In this document: positions 24,494-38,417 of the stretch, one piece after another
Numbering within the stretch: position 1 is the stretch's first letter
Layout: each line of letters starts with the position of its first letter
NCBI RefSeq assembly: GCF_006345805.1
Contig: NC_042998.1
Span: 48,360,001-48,424,000 of the forward strand
DNA length: 64,000 bases
Source of the DNA: Octopus sinensis
Taxonomy: Eukaryota
Reading direction: 5' to 3'
Translations under genes and position numbers: made by a program
The notes under the pieces: generated by a model
What the model saw: the letters and a program-made list of their open reading frames with translations, nothing else
Databases searched by the model: none
What the model was told of the DNA's origin: nothing

Positions 24494-27400
24494 TTTTTTT
24501 CTTCTTCTTTCAAATTTGCTATCATTTCTTGCCGAGTGTCTTCCCGACTCCTAGGGCAAAGAAACTCATAGTATACATTGGTAGGCCATTAAACCAAACT
24601 CAGTAGTTCGTTCATTTTTTTTTTTTTTTTTAAAGTTAAATTAAAATACATGAGCAGCAACAGTTCTCACATCGACAATGCTCTTCTCAATACGTGTGAT
24701 GTACCAGTTAAGACAATCTTTTGCACTTCTTGCAGGGATGGTAAGCCAGGGATCATTCTCATATAATTTTCGGTTCCCTTCTTGATCATTCCTAGTGCTC
24801 CTACGATCACTGGTATTGTAACCGCCTTGAGATGCCACATTTTCTCAATTTCAATGAGTAGGTCTTTATATTTTCTGAGCTTGTCAAACTCTTTCGCTGA
24901 GATATTATGATCACAGGGGATGCTCATGTCGATCAATAAGCAAACTTTATTGTTTTGGTCTTTCACAACAATATCTGGTTTATTGGCCTTGATGGTTCGG
25001 TCTGTATGTACTGGAAAGTCCCACAGAATGGTTACATTTTCTCCATCAGTTACAGCCTCAGGGTGGTGATTATACCACTTGTCGGCAGTTTTGATATTGT
25101 AATGCCGACTTATTAGCCAGTGGAGATATTGGCCAACTCTGTCATGTCTTAATTTATACTCCACTGGTGCTAAGACTTTACATCCAGAGATTAGGTGGTC
25201 CACTGTTTCAATCATGTCGTTGCAGAATCGGCATTTTGGGTCTGCTCCATTTTTCATCACATTGGCCTGGTAGTTCCGAGTTAATAGGCTTTGATCTTGA
25301 GCAGCCAGGATGAAACCTTCGCTCTCTGCTTTTAGCCCTGAGCTCCGTAGCCACTGATGGGTTTGCTTCTGGTCAACATCAGCTTGTTTGCTGCAGAGGT
25401 TTCTCCTCCCACCTATCAGCCAATTGCTCGTGCGCTTTTTTCATTGCCATCATTTTCACCTTCTTTGCAACAATAATTGCCGTACTTCCCTCGGGGTGTT
25501 CAGTTTGGGTATACTGCACGAGATCAATAGCAAATTTTTTGCTTTCCTTTATGATAGAATGAAGCTTCTTTCGTCTCTCGTGATTTTCCACGAGCTTTAG
25601 CATCCAGTCATTCGATATTTCGAGATATTTGGCCAGTCCAATTGTGGTTGTTTTGTAAGCTAGTTCAAATTGGATCAGGCCTCGACCTCCTTGGGCTCTG
25701 GGAAGGTAAAGGCGATCTACGTCTGCCTTTGGGTGGTGCATCCTATTACAACTCAGCAGCTTGCGTATTTTTCTATCTATATTCTTTACTTCACTCATAT
25801 TCCAGTTCAACACATTGTAGCTATAAGTAACAACTGGAACTGCTAAGGAATTTATAGCTAACACCTTGTTACGTGCATTTAGTTCAGATTTCAGGACTGC
25901 ACGAACTCTCCTATAACATTCCTTCCTGATTTTCTCTTTCATGCTTGTATGCTGAATACCAGAGCCTTCATTTATCCCTAAATATTTGTATGTTTGTTCT
26001 TGCTCAAGCTCTCTTATGACTGTGTCAACATCTAACACGACTGAATTTGTGGTCTTCACTTTCCCTTTCTGGAAAGTGGCCTTGGCACACTTCTCAAGTC
26101 CAAACTCCATCCCGATGTCATCGCTGAATGCTTTCACGGTGCGCAATAGGCCTTCAAGTTCATTATTGTCTTTACCATAAAGTTTTAAGTCATCCATATA
26201 AAATAGATGGCTTATTTTTTTATTGGCAATTTTATACCCATACCCTGTTCTGTTTAATTCACTTGTAAGGGGTATTAGGGCTATGCAGAATATTAAAGGT
26301 GAAAGTGAGTCACCTTGAAAAATTCCACAGTTGATGTTTTATTTTCTGAGGCAAGTACTCCATTAGAGTGGTATAATTGGAGATTCGTATTCCACAACGA
26401 CATATTGTGCTTCAGGAAGTTTGAAATCACAGGGGAAATTTTGAAGATGTCCAGCGATCTCAAGATCCATGAATGCGGTATACTGTCGAAGGCCTTTTTA
26501 TAGTCAATCCATGCGGTGCTGAGATTTCTGCGCTTGTTGTGACAGTTCTCAAGGATCATACGATTGATTAGCAGTTGATCTTTGCATCCGTAAGAGCCTC
26601 GGCGGCACCCTTTTTGTTCAATGGGGAAAATATCGTTCTTCTCCATGAATGCATATGTTTTCTCCGCCAGGATAGATATTAGGATTTTATACGTGGTGGA
26701 TAGACAGGTTATAGGCCGATAGTTTTTTGGAAGGTTGGTTTCGTTATTCTTTGGGAGTAGGTAAGTAATGCCACTTGCTAACCATTCAGGTGTTTTCTTT
26801 GGGTCTCTCATAATTCCATTGAGCAGCTGAACTAGCTTACCGTGTGCGCATGGGAGCCTTGCGAGCCAGAAATTCGGCACCCTATCTTTACCGGGGGATT
26901 TCCAATTATGGGCCTTCGTGAGTGCCTTTCTTAGGTCTGCTATTGTGATGTCTTCCCATGCTTGTTGTTGTAAATTTTGGTAGGATCCTTCAGTTTGTAT
27001 AATCCAGTCTGCATTTATGTTGTACGTCTTCTTGTCACTCCAAATCCTTTTCCAAAAGTTTTGAACTTCTTCCATGGGAGGGGGGTCTTTAACGGTTACT
27101 TTCTCCTTCCCTATTTCTCTGTAGAATTTTTTGGCATTGGATGTGAACAGCTTATTTTGCTTGTAAAACTTGTTTCTCTTCTCAAATCTTCGTATTCTTT
27201 GGGCTTTTGCTTGGACTTTTTGTTTCAGCGTTTCTTTTATTGATATCAGTTCTTCTCTTGGTGAGGATCCAAATTTTCTCTTCATCTTTCTTCCTGTTCT
27301 GGATCTTACATCATTTCCACATATTAGTTCATTTAATATTGATATTTCCCCTCTCATAAATTCAATCTCTTTTTCAATTTTACTTCTCCAGGTTTGATTT

Positions 27401-27500
27401 CTTCCCAGGTTTTGTTTTCTTTGTTTTTTCGGGGGCATACAGCTGGTTTCAATTGCCCTAGCAGAAGCGTAAATAATTTCATTTAACTCAGTAAAATCAT
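24490..27500 (-). mobile_element. ~3-kb 5'-truncated R4/Dong-clade LINE (RT + CCHC + RLE) with two lesions
   Basis: ORFs 26293..27438, 25379..26197 and 24667..25260. RT motifs NYRPITCLSTTYK, WIDYKKAFDSIPH, GIFQGDSLSP and FYMDDLKLY. CCHC CRFCNDMIETVDHLISGC. RLE ANKPDIVV...LIDMSIP...KYKDL. (TAA)n on both sides. Confidence 0.95.
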
Positions 27501-27517
27501 ATTATTATTATTATTAC

Positions 27518-27599
<82 letters not shown>

Positions 27600-27600
<1 letters not shown>

Positions 27601-28720
27601 GAACTATAATCTTAACTTATTACATATAATTTACATTGGGAAGTAGTTTTGTAAGACAAAATCTTATTGAATAGGTAGTAATTTGTTATGTAATATTGCA
27701 TTTAAGTAAATATTTTTAATAATAATAGAAACTTTGGTTAATTCTATAAATGAGTGAAATAGTAAATCTATACATAAATTGAATTAATTATATAAGTTTA
27801 ACTAATTTGCGTGTATATATTTGAACCATTTTTCTATTTTCAATTCTTGTATTTATAGTTTGTAGAAGTATTATGTATATAACTTACCATGAAGTTTTTT
27901 TAGTATATATTACATAATTAGAATAAGATTAAACTTAGATGTGTATTAAATAAATACATAAATAAATAATTTAATGGATATAGATTAAATTATAGTAATT
28001 TAGCTTCACTTAATGTATATTATGTATTTTAAATATTTTGTTTTAATTACTTGTACTATAATTTTTCAGTAATGATATACTATAATTTGTTATTTTCTTC
28101 TATAAGCTAAAACATATTTTCATAGATAAAATAAATGTTTCTATCTATTTATTCTATTTTTATTTACAACACATTTTTAACGAGATAAATTTATTATAAA
28201 CATTAAGTCCTGCGTATTAAGTTTAAAGATTTAGTTAACAGAATATATTCAATAAGATAAATCATGTTTTTATTTTAAGACATATTGCTGAATTTTGTTC
28301 GATTTTTTAGTATAAATTACGCATTCTTATATATATTTATCTTTTCTTATAAGATAATATACGTACATTTATTTATTTTACCGTTTTTATCTTAGACCTG
28401 ATGAGTGACTATATTTAAATTGAATTGATTTTATGTTATCAATTTGAAAATATAGCCACGAAAGATATGTAGTCTATTTACTAATTATATACTATTTATT
28501 TAATATTTAGTACTTTATTTAGCTTTAGGTAAATGTTTTATCGTATCTTTAATTTTTTCTATATGGTATGATTTAAATATATCATTGTTGAATTGCTTCA
28601 TTGTGACTCTTCTCTAATATATACACATGTATTATATATTGTGAAATTTGATTTAGTATTACTAAATTGAAAATTTCCCTGTAAGTTTGGAATCATATTC
28701 CCTAATATTATTATTATTAT
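27600..28720 (+). mobile_element. Very AT-rich Penelope-like/pseudo-LTR remnant carrying the 28.4 kb hammerhead
   Basis: Extremely AT-rich non-microsatellite block containing an HHR. The PLE origin is inferred. Confidence 0.4.
28393..28476 (+). ncRNA. Type I hammerhead ribozyme (slightly decayed)
   Basis: Stem I UAGAC/GUCUA; CUGAUGA; long stem II gugacuauauuu/aaauauagccac with inner aaauuga/ucaauuu; GAAA; GAUAUG-UA. Predicted cut after 28471. Stem III has a G-G mismatch. Confidence 0.75.
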
Positions 28721-28749
28721 GATATATATATATATATATATATGTATTT

Positions 28750-29310
28750 AAGTAGATGAATGAATTATCCTAGTATGGATTGGTCCATCATTTTCACGAA
28801 ATTTTTGTCCTTCAAGAGCTTAAAGCCAACAGTTCTGCAGAATTTTTTGGGAGGTTCAAGTCACGAACTTGATGATTCAGCTCTACCTGGGAGAATAGCT
28901 GAGGTAAAGTCTCAAATGGAAAGTCTTGATCTCTAGTGACATCTTCAGGTGATGAATCTTCTTTGGTTGAGGGTAAAGTTGACTGAAGCAAGACATTGAA
29001 GACAGGAACAGGAAGCTCTTCATTGTGTGGAACCAGTCAAATAGCAGAGGCAAGATTAGGATAGACAAGCGTTTGTCGATTTTTCCAGTTAATACCCTTC
29101 AAATTTAGGTTACAAAAATAGCAGTCGTCCACGTGATTATAGGGCTCAATAACTTAAAAATTAGATCTGATAGGTCAAGAAGAAGGTTATATTTGGATCC
29201 AGGAGACCGATTTTGTGTAAGAATGATGTCTATTTCCTAAATGCCAAAACCTTGTAGACCAGTGTTATTTACTTAGTGTACATTTAGCTAAATATTCCGC
29301 AGACACGTAT
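28750..29310 (-). mobile_element. Fossil DNA transposase fragment, Chapaev3-like (CMC superfamily)
   Basis: Minus strand NHVDDCYFC.LNLKGINWKNRQTLVYPNLASAI*LVPHNEELPVPVF...PQLFSQVELNHQVRDLNLPKNSAELLA. Family name is from recall. Confidence 0.55.
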
Positions 29311-29668
29311 ACACTCATTGTAATCATAAGGTAGAATCAGATAAACATGGTAGGGTGTGTGACAAGGCTCTACATATAAATTATAATCACGATCCTCACG
29401 AGGGCTTCCTAAAGATTTCTGTCTAGAGATTTTTACTTAAAATGGTTCGGCCAACCTGCGGCTATTATTGTTAATGATATTTTCCCAATATGGCAAACAG
29501 TGTGACCGTACCTGTACGATGTGATTGCAAAGTGAACTTATTAATCATTTGACTATGCTACGTACATGTATACATACACATACATTCACATGTACACACA
29601 CATACTCTCACACACAAGTGTATGTATATGCATATATATGTATATATATGTATATATATATATATATG

Positions 29669-30325
29669 TATAACTCTTTGACTACTATTTCTAAATTCGG
29701 TGTGTGGTGAGGCAAATCGTTGCTAAACCCTTAATTACTTAGTATTACTTAAACTTTCCTCGAATGAGGCTTTTACATGCCGAAATCTACTCGGTGAAAT
29801 TAATGATTATTCCAAATTAATTAGTTTCACCCTATATTATTACTGATAACCATATTTCATCCCAGTAAATGACCGCAACATGTTGTCTTGGCTACACGCT
29901 GGTGGGAAGGGGTTGGTGACACAAACTTTCATTCACATTTTGAATTTGGTGATACTGGTAACGGTTTTAGCTCGCTCTGATACTGAGTTGAGATGATGCC
30001 TTCTAGTATCTCGAAATTTAATATACAATTATTCATAATTGTAGTGTCCTACGCTGATGAGAAAAGAAGTTGGGTAAGTCATAATTATCTAATTCTTATG
30101 CTTTCCTAAAACTTAATTTCGAAACGTACGTCCGTAGGTGACTTAAAATTGTATGATGGATTGCCGTCATTTCCTTCTCTCTTGCCTGTCTGGGTTTGCC
30201 TTTCAAGTGCTGCGGTTTTACTGAGATCTCCCTTTTAGTAGAAAGAATAGCTATAACTCTTTGACTGCTATTTCTAAATTCGGTGTGTGGTGAGGCAAAT
30301 CGTTGCTAAACCCTTAATTACTTAG

Positions 30326-30327
<2 letters not shown>
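29669..30327 (+). mobile_element. 659-bp hammerhead-bearing element with 76-bp terminal direct repeats (retrozyme/Penelope pseudo-LTR-like)
   Basis: Direct repeats at 29669-29744 and 30252-30327 (period 583, one mismatch), one intact HHR inside, (TA)n on both flanks. Confidence 0.75.
30048..30138 (+). ncRNA. Canonical type I hammerhead ribozyme
   Basis: Stem I CCUACG/CGUAGG; CUGAUGA 30054-30060; stem II closed by GAAA/UUUC with further helices; GAAA 30121-30124; palindromic stem III ACGUACGU; GUC triplet. Predicted cut after 30132. Confidence 0.9.
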
Positions 30328-30395
<68 letters not shown>

Positions 30396-30413
30396 TATAG
30401 ATAGATAGATATG

Positions 30414-30444
<31 letters not shown>

Positions 30445-30907
30445 CCTCAAGAAGTGGAGATTTTAGGTATAATTATACTAATGTATCCATCTTTGTGCAG
30501 CTGAAGATTGCTCTACATTTTAAATTGATGTAATGATTATATTGTTCAATTAAATGGATTTGCGTGAAAGGATCATGCAGCATTACCTTTTGTTATTCTT
30601 GTTGCTTATTTTGATTTTAATCACTTTACTTTGAAATTGTATGGATAATACCGTACTAAATTCTTAACATAGCGGTTCGGTGAAACAGACCGATAGAATA
30701 AGTACTAGGCTTAAAAATTAAGTCCTGGGGTCGATTTGATCGATTAAAACCCTTCATGGCTGCAGTCAAATGACTGAAAGAGGTAAAAGAATAAAATAAT
30801 ACAAACATACATACATACATACATACATACATACATGCATACATACATACATACATACATACATACATACAAACATACATATATGCATACATACATACCT
30901 ATATATA

Positions 30908-31104
<197 letters not shown>

Positions 31105-32546
31105 TGTATGTATGTATGTACGTATGTGAAGGATTTTCTCATCGCGAACGACAGCTGATGGTTCAGTAGAAGAAAGCGGTAATTACTTTCTATGGAGACG
31201 GATGTGTCTATTGAGGCCTGTTGTTGCTTTGCAGACCTTTTGGTAAATGGAACAAGTTGAGGATCATTTACGAAGCTTTTATTTATTTTTTTTTCATTGG
31301 CTGAAACTTCGAAGTCATGGATACCACTCTTCTTGAGACGTGTACACGCACAGTTACACCTATACTAGAAGATGAGTAATTCTCAGGGACGCTTGTTGCA
31401 GAAAAAATAATAGAAATTTGGGCGCTAACAGACTAGTGTACTAAGAACTCTCAATTAAATTTACAATCCGAATGACGAGAAAAGAAACTGATTATTCGAA
31501 TAATAAATTCTGCTTAAAATAAAATAGTGGGGACCCTAGAGATTTTTTAATTAAAATTAATGAAATTTGTGTAATTTAAAAAAAAATAAATTACTCATTT
31601 GAATTACTCCTTCTCATTACTAAGTCATAGTTTTTAATTAATTAAACACACTTGTTTAAGTATGTTACTGCACACTTTACTATTAATTTATCATGCAGCA
31701 GTCTTACCTGAGTACTTTCTTTCCCTGCCATTCGTTATAACGATAACATAATTATGTGCATTTTCACGAAACACACGTATACACACACACACACACACAA
31801 CCATGCTTAAATACACATATATGCATAACATAACCAAACCGAGGCCGTCACTCGGAAAGAAGCATGACTACGTAGTATCTATCGTATCTTCGCTAACTGC
31901 ATTTTGTGTCTATATAGTCGCATGCAAGGGCAAATATTCTCTCAGCCTTTCCACCTTTAACTAAGTGGAGCATCAAAGTTGCTTTCGCTAGCTAGTTCTG
32001 TCCTTGTCTCGTCTCGTGCTGACGTGGACATTCTCTTGGCATGTCCACTCGTAACTCAATGTACTTGGCTGATAAATCAAGTACTTGGCTGATATTCATG
32101 TCATCTGAGGAAACGTAAAATGAAGTGACTCGCTAAAAGACGTAACGTACCGCTTGGCCCAGAAACGGAAGCCATAACCTTTTGATCGTAAGCTCAATAC
32201 ATACGTTATATATAATGGACGACTGTAACCTCAAAAAAAAAAAAAAAAAGGACAGTAGAGGCACTAAGTCAGGACACTGAACGAAACACCTTACACTCCC
32301 TCTCTATATATTTGGAGTTCAACTGCTACTGAAGCAAACTTCATTTTTATTCATTTGATATCGATGAAATAAGCACAGGGTTCATGGATTCAGAACTAAT
32401 TTTTTATTCCTTAAACTCGATATCGCTCCTATCTGTGTAAAATATAATTTTAATCATATAATTTGTAGCTCAGTGTCACTTTGATGGCGTGCGCTGCTCT
32501 CCCATTCAATAATAAATATATAAGCGCATGTATGTATGTATGTATG

Positions 32547-32578
<32 letters not shown>

Positions 32579-33609
32579 TGTATATATTTTTGTGTGTGTG
32601 TGTTGTGTGTGTGTAAGCGTGTGCGTGTGTCATCCATTTATTCTTTGTTTCATCCTCATTTTCTGGAATACTGCGTCGTGTGTTTGCATCCGCTGTAATA
32701 TACATATACATACATATATTCATGCATACGTGCATGCGTACGTACGTACGTGCGTGGGTGTGCACGTATGTATGCATGTCTGTATATATATGCATGCAGC
32801 TGTAAAGTGTACGATCAAAAAAGTCTTAGCTTCAATTTACGGGCTTGGCAACGCATTATGTCTTTGAGCAAGGCACTTCATTTCAAGCTGCTGCAGATAA
32901 AATGAATATCAGCCAAATGCCGACGGATCTCTCTCTCTCCATCCAATTATCATATCCGTGGTGATCTACTAAGTAAATACTGAAAATGCCAAGAGGATGT
33001 CTATGTCAGCTCATAACTATACAGAATGCGAAGCAGTTAGAGAAAGCGTGGTAGATGCTATGAAGTCATATTCGCTTGTGAATGACAGCTGAAGTTTAGT
33101 TATAAAATGTACAAATGCGTGCGCGTATATGTATGTATGTATCGGTATTTCAGGAATTGCATTTTATTCAAGCATGTTTTCCTCTACACACAATTGTATA
33201 ATATTTTTAAGCAGTTTTCTTAGCTGTTTACATTCTGTGTTCAAAGTTTGACGAGGTCAACCTTGCCTTTCATTCTTTTGGCGTTGATAAAATAAATACC
33301 AGTCAATAAGTACCAGGGTTCAAATTGTACCTATTTTATCGATTTAGAAGGGATGAAGGGCTAAGTCGACATCGGCGGAATTCGAACTCAGAACGTAAAG
33401 ACGGACGAAATACCGTTGAGCGTTTTGCTCAGTATACAAACGATTCTACCAGCTTGCCGCCTTAAGAAATTTTATATATTTTTGGAGAGAGAAAGTAAGT
33501 GGCCAATATGTGTAATTGTCAAGTAATGTAATCATCTGAGTCTTATGAGAGTTTGGAACAATAATTGAATTACATTATAGTCGTAAATTCTCAATAGTTT
33601 ATGACTTAC

Positions 33610-34024
33610 GACCAGACTTTGAATAAACTGATTATATCGAATTACTGTTCTATTAAACAGAGCACATCATAGCTGATTGTTATGAAGTTTGTTTCGCAAA
33701 AGCGAGGCCCAGAGTTCGTTCGGTTCTACTAAGTGGTATTTTAGACGAGTGTGTTTTATCATAGCTTCGGCTCGCTCCAAACCTTGTGATTGAAAGTGGT
33801 GAAATATAACATGGATCGTAGCTGGAATTCTAAAGGACTAACATTGTTACAGTGATTCTGCCCGAGAATTGCATTAAGGTTACACTTGACTGAGGAATAT
33901 TCGGCCACTAACACGCAAATTGAAAGAATCGATAGTACAGTTGATCGAGCAATTGAAAACTCATCATCGAAACCGACGAAGATCATATTCTTTGTTTTGT
34001 TATTTTGTTAACGAGTTAAATAGC
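33610..34024 (-). CDS. Probable REJ-module exon with several indels/stops
   Basis: Strong acceptor catttttttcag|G and donor |gtaagt. Phase 2 entry gives R-LFNS. The REJ-like Cys motif (FNCSINCTIDSFNLRVSGRIFLS / VKCN...HCNNVSPLEF) is split across frames. Confidence 0.45.
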
Positions 34025-35429
34025 CTGAAAAAAATGTGAAAGTAGTTGATTGGTCTGGAGGTGATAACAAGATGAAACACAGAGAAGATAACAGCGTAGT
34101 TAACGGCAGCAGCCAAAGCAGAAAAGATAAGATTAATAAATATTAAGAAAGTGTTTAATTAAAGCAATTATTAAGTGTAAATTACTAATTGTTTAAATGA
34201 AAGATCTCATATTACGATTATTATCTATCTAAAAAACTCAAGAGACACTAATTTGACTAATATACTTAACCTGAAAAAAATAAATAAATAAAAGGAAAAC
34301 CGAAGTCGCCATTGTGTTAAAGATTTAGATAGAAGTAAAGATATGTGAGTAAATAGTTGGATTGTGTTGGGAATATTAAGTAGAAGACTTTGTTTACCTG
34401 AATGTTATTTAAAAATAAACTAGATGGATCGACTGTACATTCTCATGAGCGAAAGACTAAATTTGTCTCTGGGTTTAACGCACCACCTGATTCTTGGTAG
34501 TCTGTAGAGGAAGAAGTACTTCCTCCAACTCTGAGGCAAGCATTCGGAGCATGACAACTTAATACTTTGATGTCATACTTCATATCACAGCAACTCTAGA
34601 ATTGTAGTTTCTTTGGACAGCGTTCCAACATCTTCCCCTCTCCCTCCTCAGCCACGGTCATTCAAAAACTCATTATAGGTGCTAACCTTCCTCCCCGCAG
34701 CTAAAAACATTGAAAAATAAAATGTATCTATGTCTCTATGTGAGCTTGTTTACGTGTATGCATGAGATATTTATATGTACAGTGTGTTTGGTGACACCAT
34801 CATCTCATTTATGTGGACAATAATTTCATATAGACTAGACTTCTTTACTTCGTTTTTCTTTCCCTCTAAACAGATGTTTTCGATTAGGGGCATTTGATGG
34901 CTTTTATTGCAAGAAAGACAGACATAAAGCTGAAAAGATTTAATATATTGCCAAAAAAAAAAGAAAAAAAAAGCTGCACGGTTTGCAATCAATAATGTTT
35001 TATTGCAAACTATTACAAGTTAACGAATTTAGCCGTGGTTCCTCATGCTCTCGTTACTGCTTGGTATATTCATGTCAGCGAGAAGATACAAATAAAGAAA
35101 AGGAATACTCAAAAGACACAAAACACTTTAAATGTTTCATAAAAATACTACCATAAAAATACTACCACGAAGAGCTAAATGAAGTGACTCAGAAGAAAAT
35201 GGAATGAAACATAAATATGAATAACTAGTTTAATGTTGCTTACCTGCTGTCCAGTCTTCCCAGTCTTCTACTGGTTCATATATTCCGTCTACATATCGAT
35301 AAAGTTCCCAGAAAAACGAAGCCAACGATATATTCTGGCCGGGTGCAAGGGCTATGGATACTCCGAGAGACCAGTCGTTTCTTATTGACAACTGGCCGTT
35401 GCAATTAAATACGCAGCTAGTTAAATGAT

Positions 35430-35438
35430 AATAATAAC

Positions 35439-35476
<38 letters not shown>

Positions 35477-35508
35477 CAACAACAACAACAACAATAATAA
35501 CAATAGTA

Positions 35509-35541
<33 letters not shown>

Positions 35542-35550
35542 ATAATAATA

Positions 35551-35593
<43 letters not shown>

Positions 35594-35747
35594 TAATAAT
35601 AATAATAATAATTGCTATTTCGTTATTGCCCACAAGGGTAGACAAACAAGGACAGACAAAGGGATTAAGTCGAATACATCGACCCCTGAACGTAACTGGT
35701 ACTTATTTAATCGACCCCGAAAGGATGAAAGTCAAAGTCGGCCTCGG

Positions 35748-35796
<49 letters not shown>

Positions 35797-36364
35797 TAAT
35801 AATAATAATAATAATAATGATAATAATAATAATAATAATAATGTTTTCAAATTTTGGCACTAGGCCAGTAATTTCAGGGAAGGGACTAAGTCGATTACTT
35901 CGACCCCAGTACTGAACTTTATCGACCCCGAAAGGATAAAAGGAAAAGTCAACCTCGGCGGAAATAGAACTCAGAACGTAGCAGCAGATGAAATACTGCT
36001 AAGCATTTGCCCGGTGTGCAAACGATTCTGCCAGCTCACCGTCCTAATGATAATAATAATAATAACAATAATAACGATGATTTCTAATTTTGGCACAAGG
36101 TCAGCACGCTCGGGAGAAGGGGTAAGTTGATTACATCGACCTCAGTACTCAACTGGTACTTATTTAAATGACCCCCGAAAGGATGAAAGGTAAAGTCGAC
36201 CTCGACGGAACTTGAACTCAGATCGTAGAGACGGATGAAATGCTGCTAAGCATTTGCCCGGCTTTCTAATGATTCTACCAACTCGACGCCTTAATGATGA
36301 TGATGATGATAATGATGATGACAGTAACAACAACAACACAACAACAACAATAATAACAATAGTA

Positions 36365-36397
<33 letters not shown>

Positions 36398-36602
36398 ATA
36401 ATAATAATAATGATAATGATAATAATATAATAATAATAATAATAATGATAATAATAATAATAATAATTGCTATTTCGTTATTGCCCACAAGGGTAGACAA
36501 ACAAGGACAGACAAAGGGATTAAGTCGAATACATCGACCCCTGAACGTAACTGGTACTTATTTAATCGACCCCGAAAGGATGAAAGTCAAAGTCGGCCTC
36601 GG

Positions 36603-36661
<59 letters not shown>

Positions 36662-37200
36662 TAATAATAATAATAATAATAATAATGTTTTCAAATTTTG
36701 GCACTAGGCCAGTAATTTCAGGGAAGGGACTAAGTCGATTACTTCGACCCCAGTACTGAACTTTATCGACCCCGAAAGGATAAAAGGAAAAGTCAACCTC
36801 GGCGGAAATAGAACTCAGAACGTAGCAGCAGATGAAATACTGCTAAGCATTTGCCCGGTGTGCAAACGATTCTGCCAGCTCACCGTCCTAATGATAATAA
36901 TAATAATAACAATAATAACGATGATTTCTAATTTTGGCACAAGGTCAGCACGCTCGGGAGAAGGGGTAAGTTGATTACATCGACCTCAGTACTCAACTGG
37001 TACTTATTTAAATGACCCCCGAAAGGATGAAAGGTAAAGTCGACCTCGACGGAACTTGAACTCAGATCGTAGAGACGGATGAAATGCTGCTAAGCATTTT
37101 GCCCGGCTTTCTAATGATTCTACCAACTCGACGCCTTAATGATGATGATGATGATAATGATGATGACAGTAACAACAACAACAACAATAATAATAATAAT
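35430..37200. repeat. Tandem duplication of a ~850-bp SINE/(AAT)n block
   Basis: The three SINE pieces at 35611-36292 recur almost base-for-base at 36466-37138. Confidence 0.9.
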
Positions 37201-37453
37201 AATAATAATAATAATCCTTTCTACTGATAGTACAAACCTTGAAATTTTGGGAGGAGGGGCTAGTCAATTACATCGACCCCAGTACTCAACTGGTGATTAT
37301 TTTAGCGACCCTGAAAGGATGAAATTCGAACTAGAACGTAAAGACGGACGAAATACCGCTATGCATTTTCCCCAGTATGCTGACGATTCTGCCAGCTCAC
37401 CACTTTCATGAATAATAATAATAATAATAATAATGATAATAATAATAATAATA

Positions 37454-37530
<77 letters not shown>

Positions 37531-38417
37531 TAATAGCAACAACAACAACAATATTTTTAAAAATTTTCATTAATCATAAAAGGCCCATTAATTAATAAAA
37601 TTAAAAAAAGAACATATTCAAAGGTGTCTGAAATTATCTGAGGATAAACACAACGGAGTTATAAAACAAGGGGAAGAGACGTTATGCACTATATTAAAAA
37701 GAAATTTAAAAACTTTCGTCGACGACGACGATGATGATGATGATGATGATGAAGGAGACGAAAATCATATCATGGCATTTCTATATTTTGCTCTTTCTTG
37801 TAACTTTTTATCGACTGTTGAGTGTCTCCTCTCAACGAGATGATCTTTTAGAAAGTTTGTTTTTCATAACATAATAGCGAGATTCTCCTCTCCATCTCAA
37901 GAGACTGTTTGCAGAATTCTATTTTGTAACTATAAATACTTAATCGATCAACCAACAAGAGCCACATAGCTGAACATCTATTACTAAACCATTCCTTTTC
38001 ATAATGCCTGACATGCCATACAACAAAAGTATATTAGCAAACAGTTAAATCAGCACAGACATGGCCGTGTGGTTAAGAAGTTCGGTTCGCAATCATTTGG
38101 TTTGGGGTTCGACTTCACTGTACGGTACATTTGGCAAAGGTCTTATACTGTAGTAGCCTTGGATTAACCAAAGCCTTGTGAGCAAAATTTGGTCGTTAGA
38201 GTGTGCGCGAAAGTCCGTTGTACGTAAGTGTATGTACGTATATACAAACGTGTAATATTACTGAAGGATGGTAGAACCAGTAGGAGGTCGAGTGAAAATA
38301 CCTTGTAGTAACTGGGTATGTCCCTTTACGCTCAGGATGACTTTGCAGTCCTTTACGAGACCAGTAAAATAAATCTCAAAGTATTGAATAATCTATTGTC
38401 AAATATATTTTGGACAA

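Noticed and set aside
29755-29800. HHR-like cgaatgaggc...gccgaaa
   Set aside because: The core is non-canonical, stems I and III are missing, and the homologous stretch at 8130-8215 lacks the motif.
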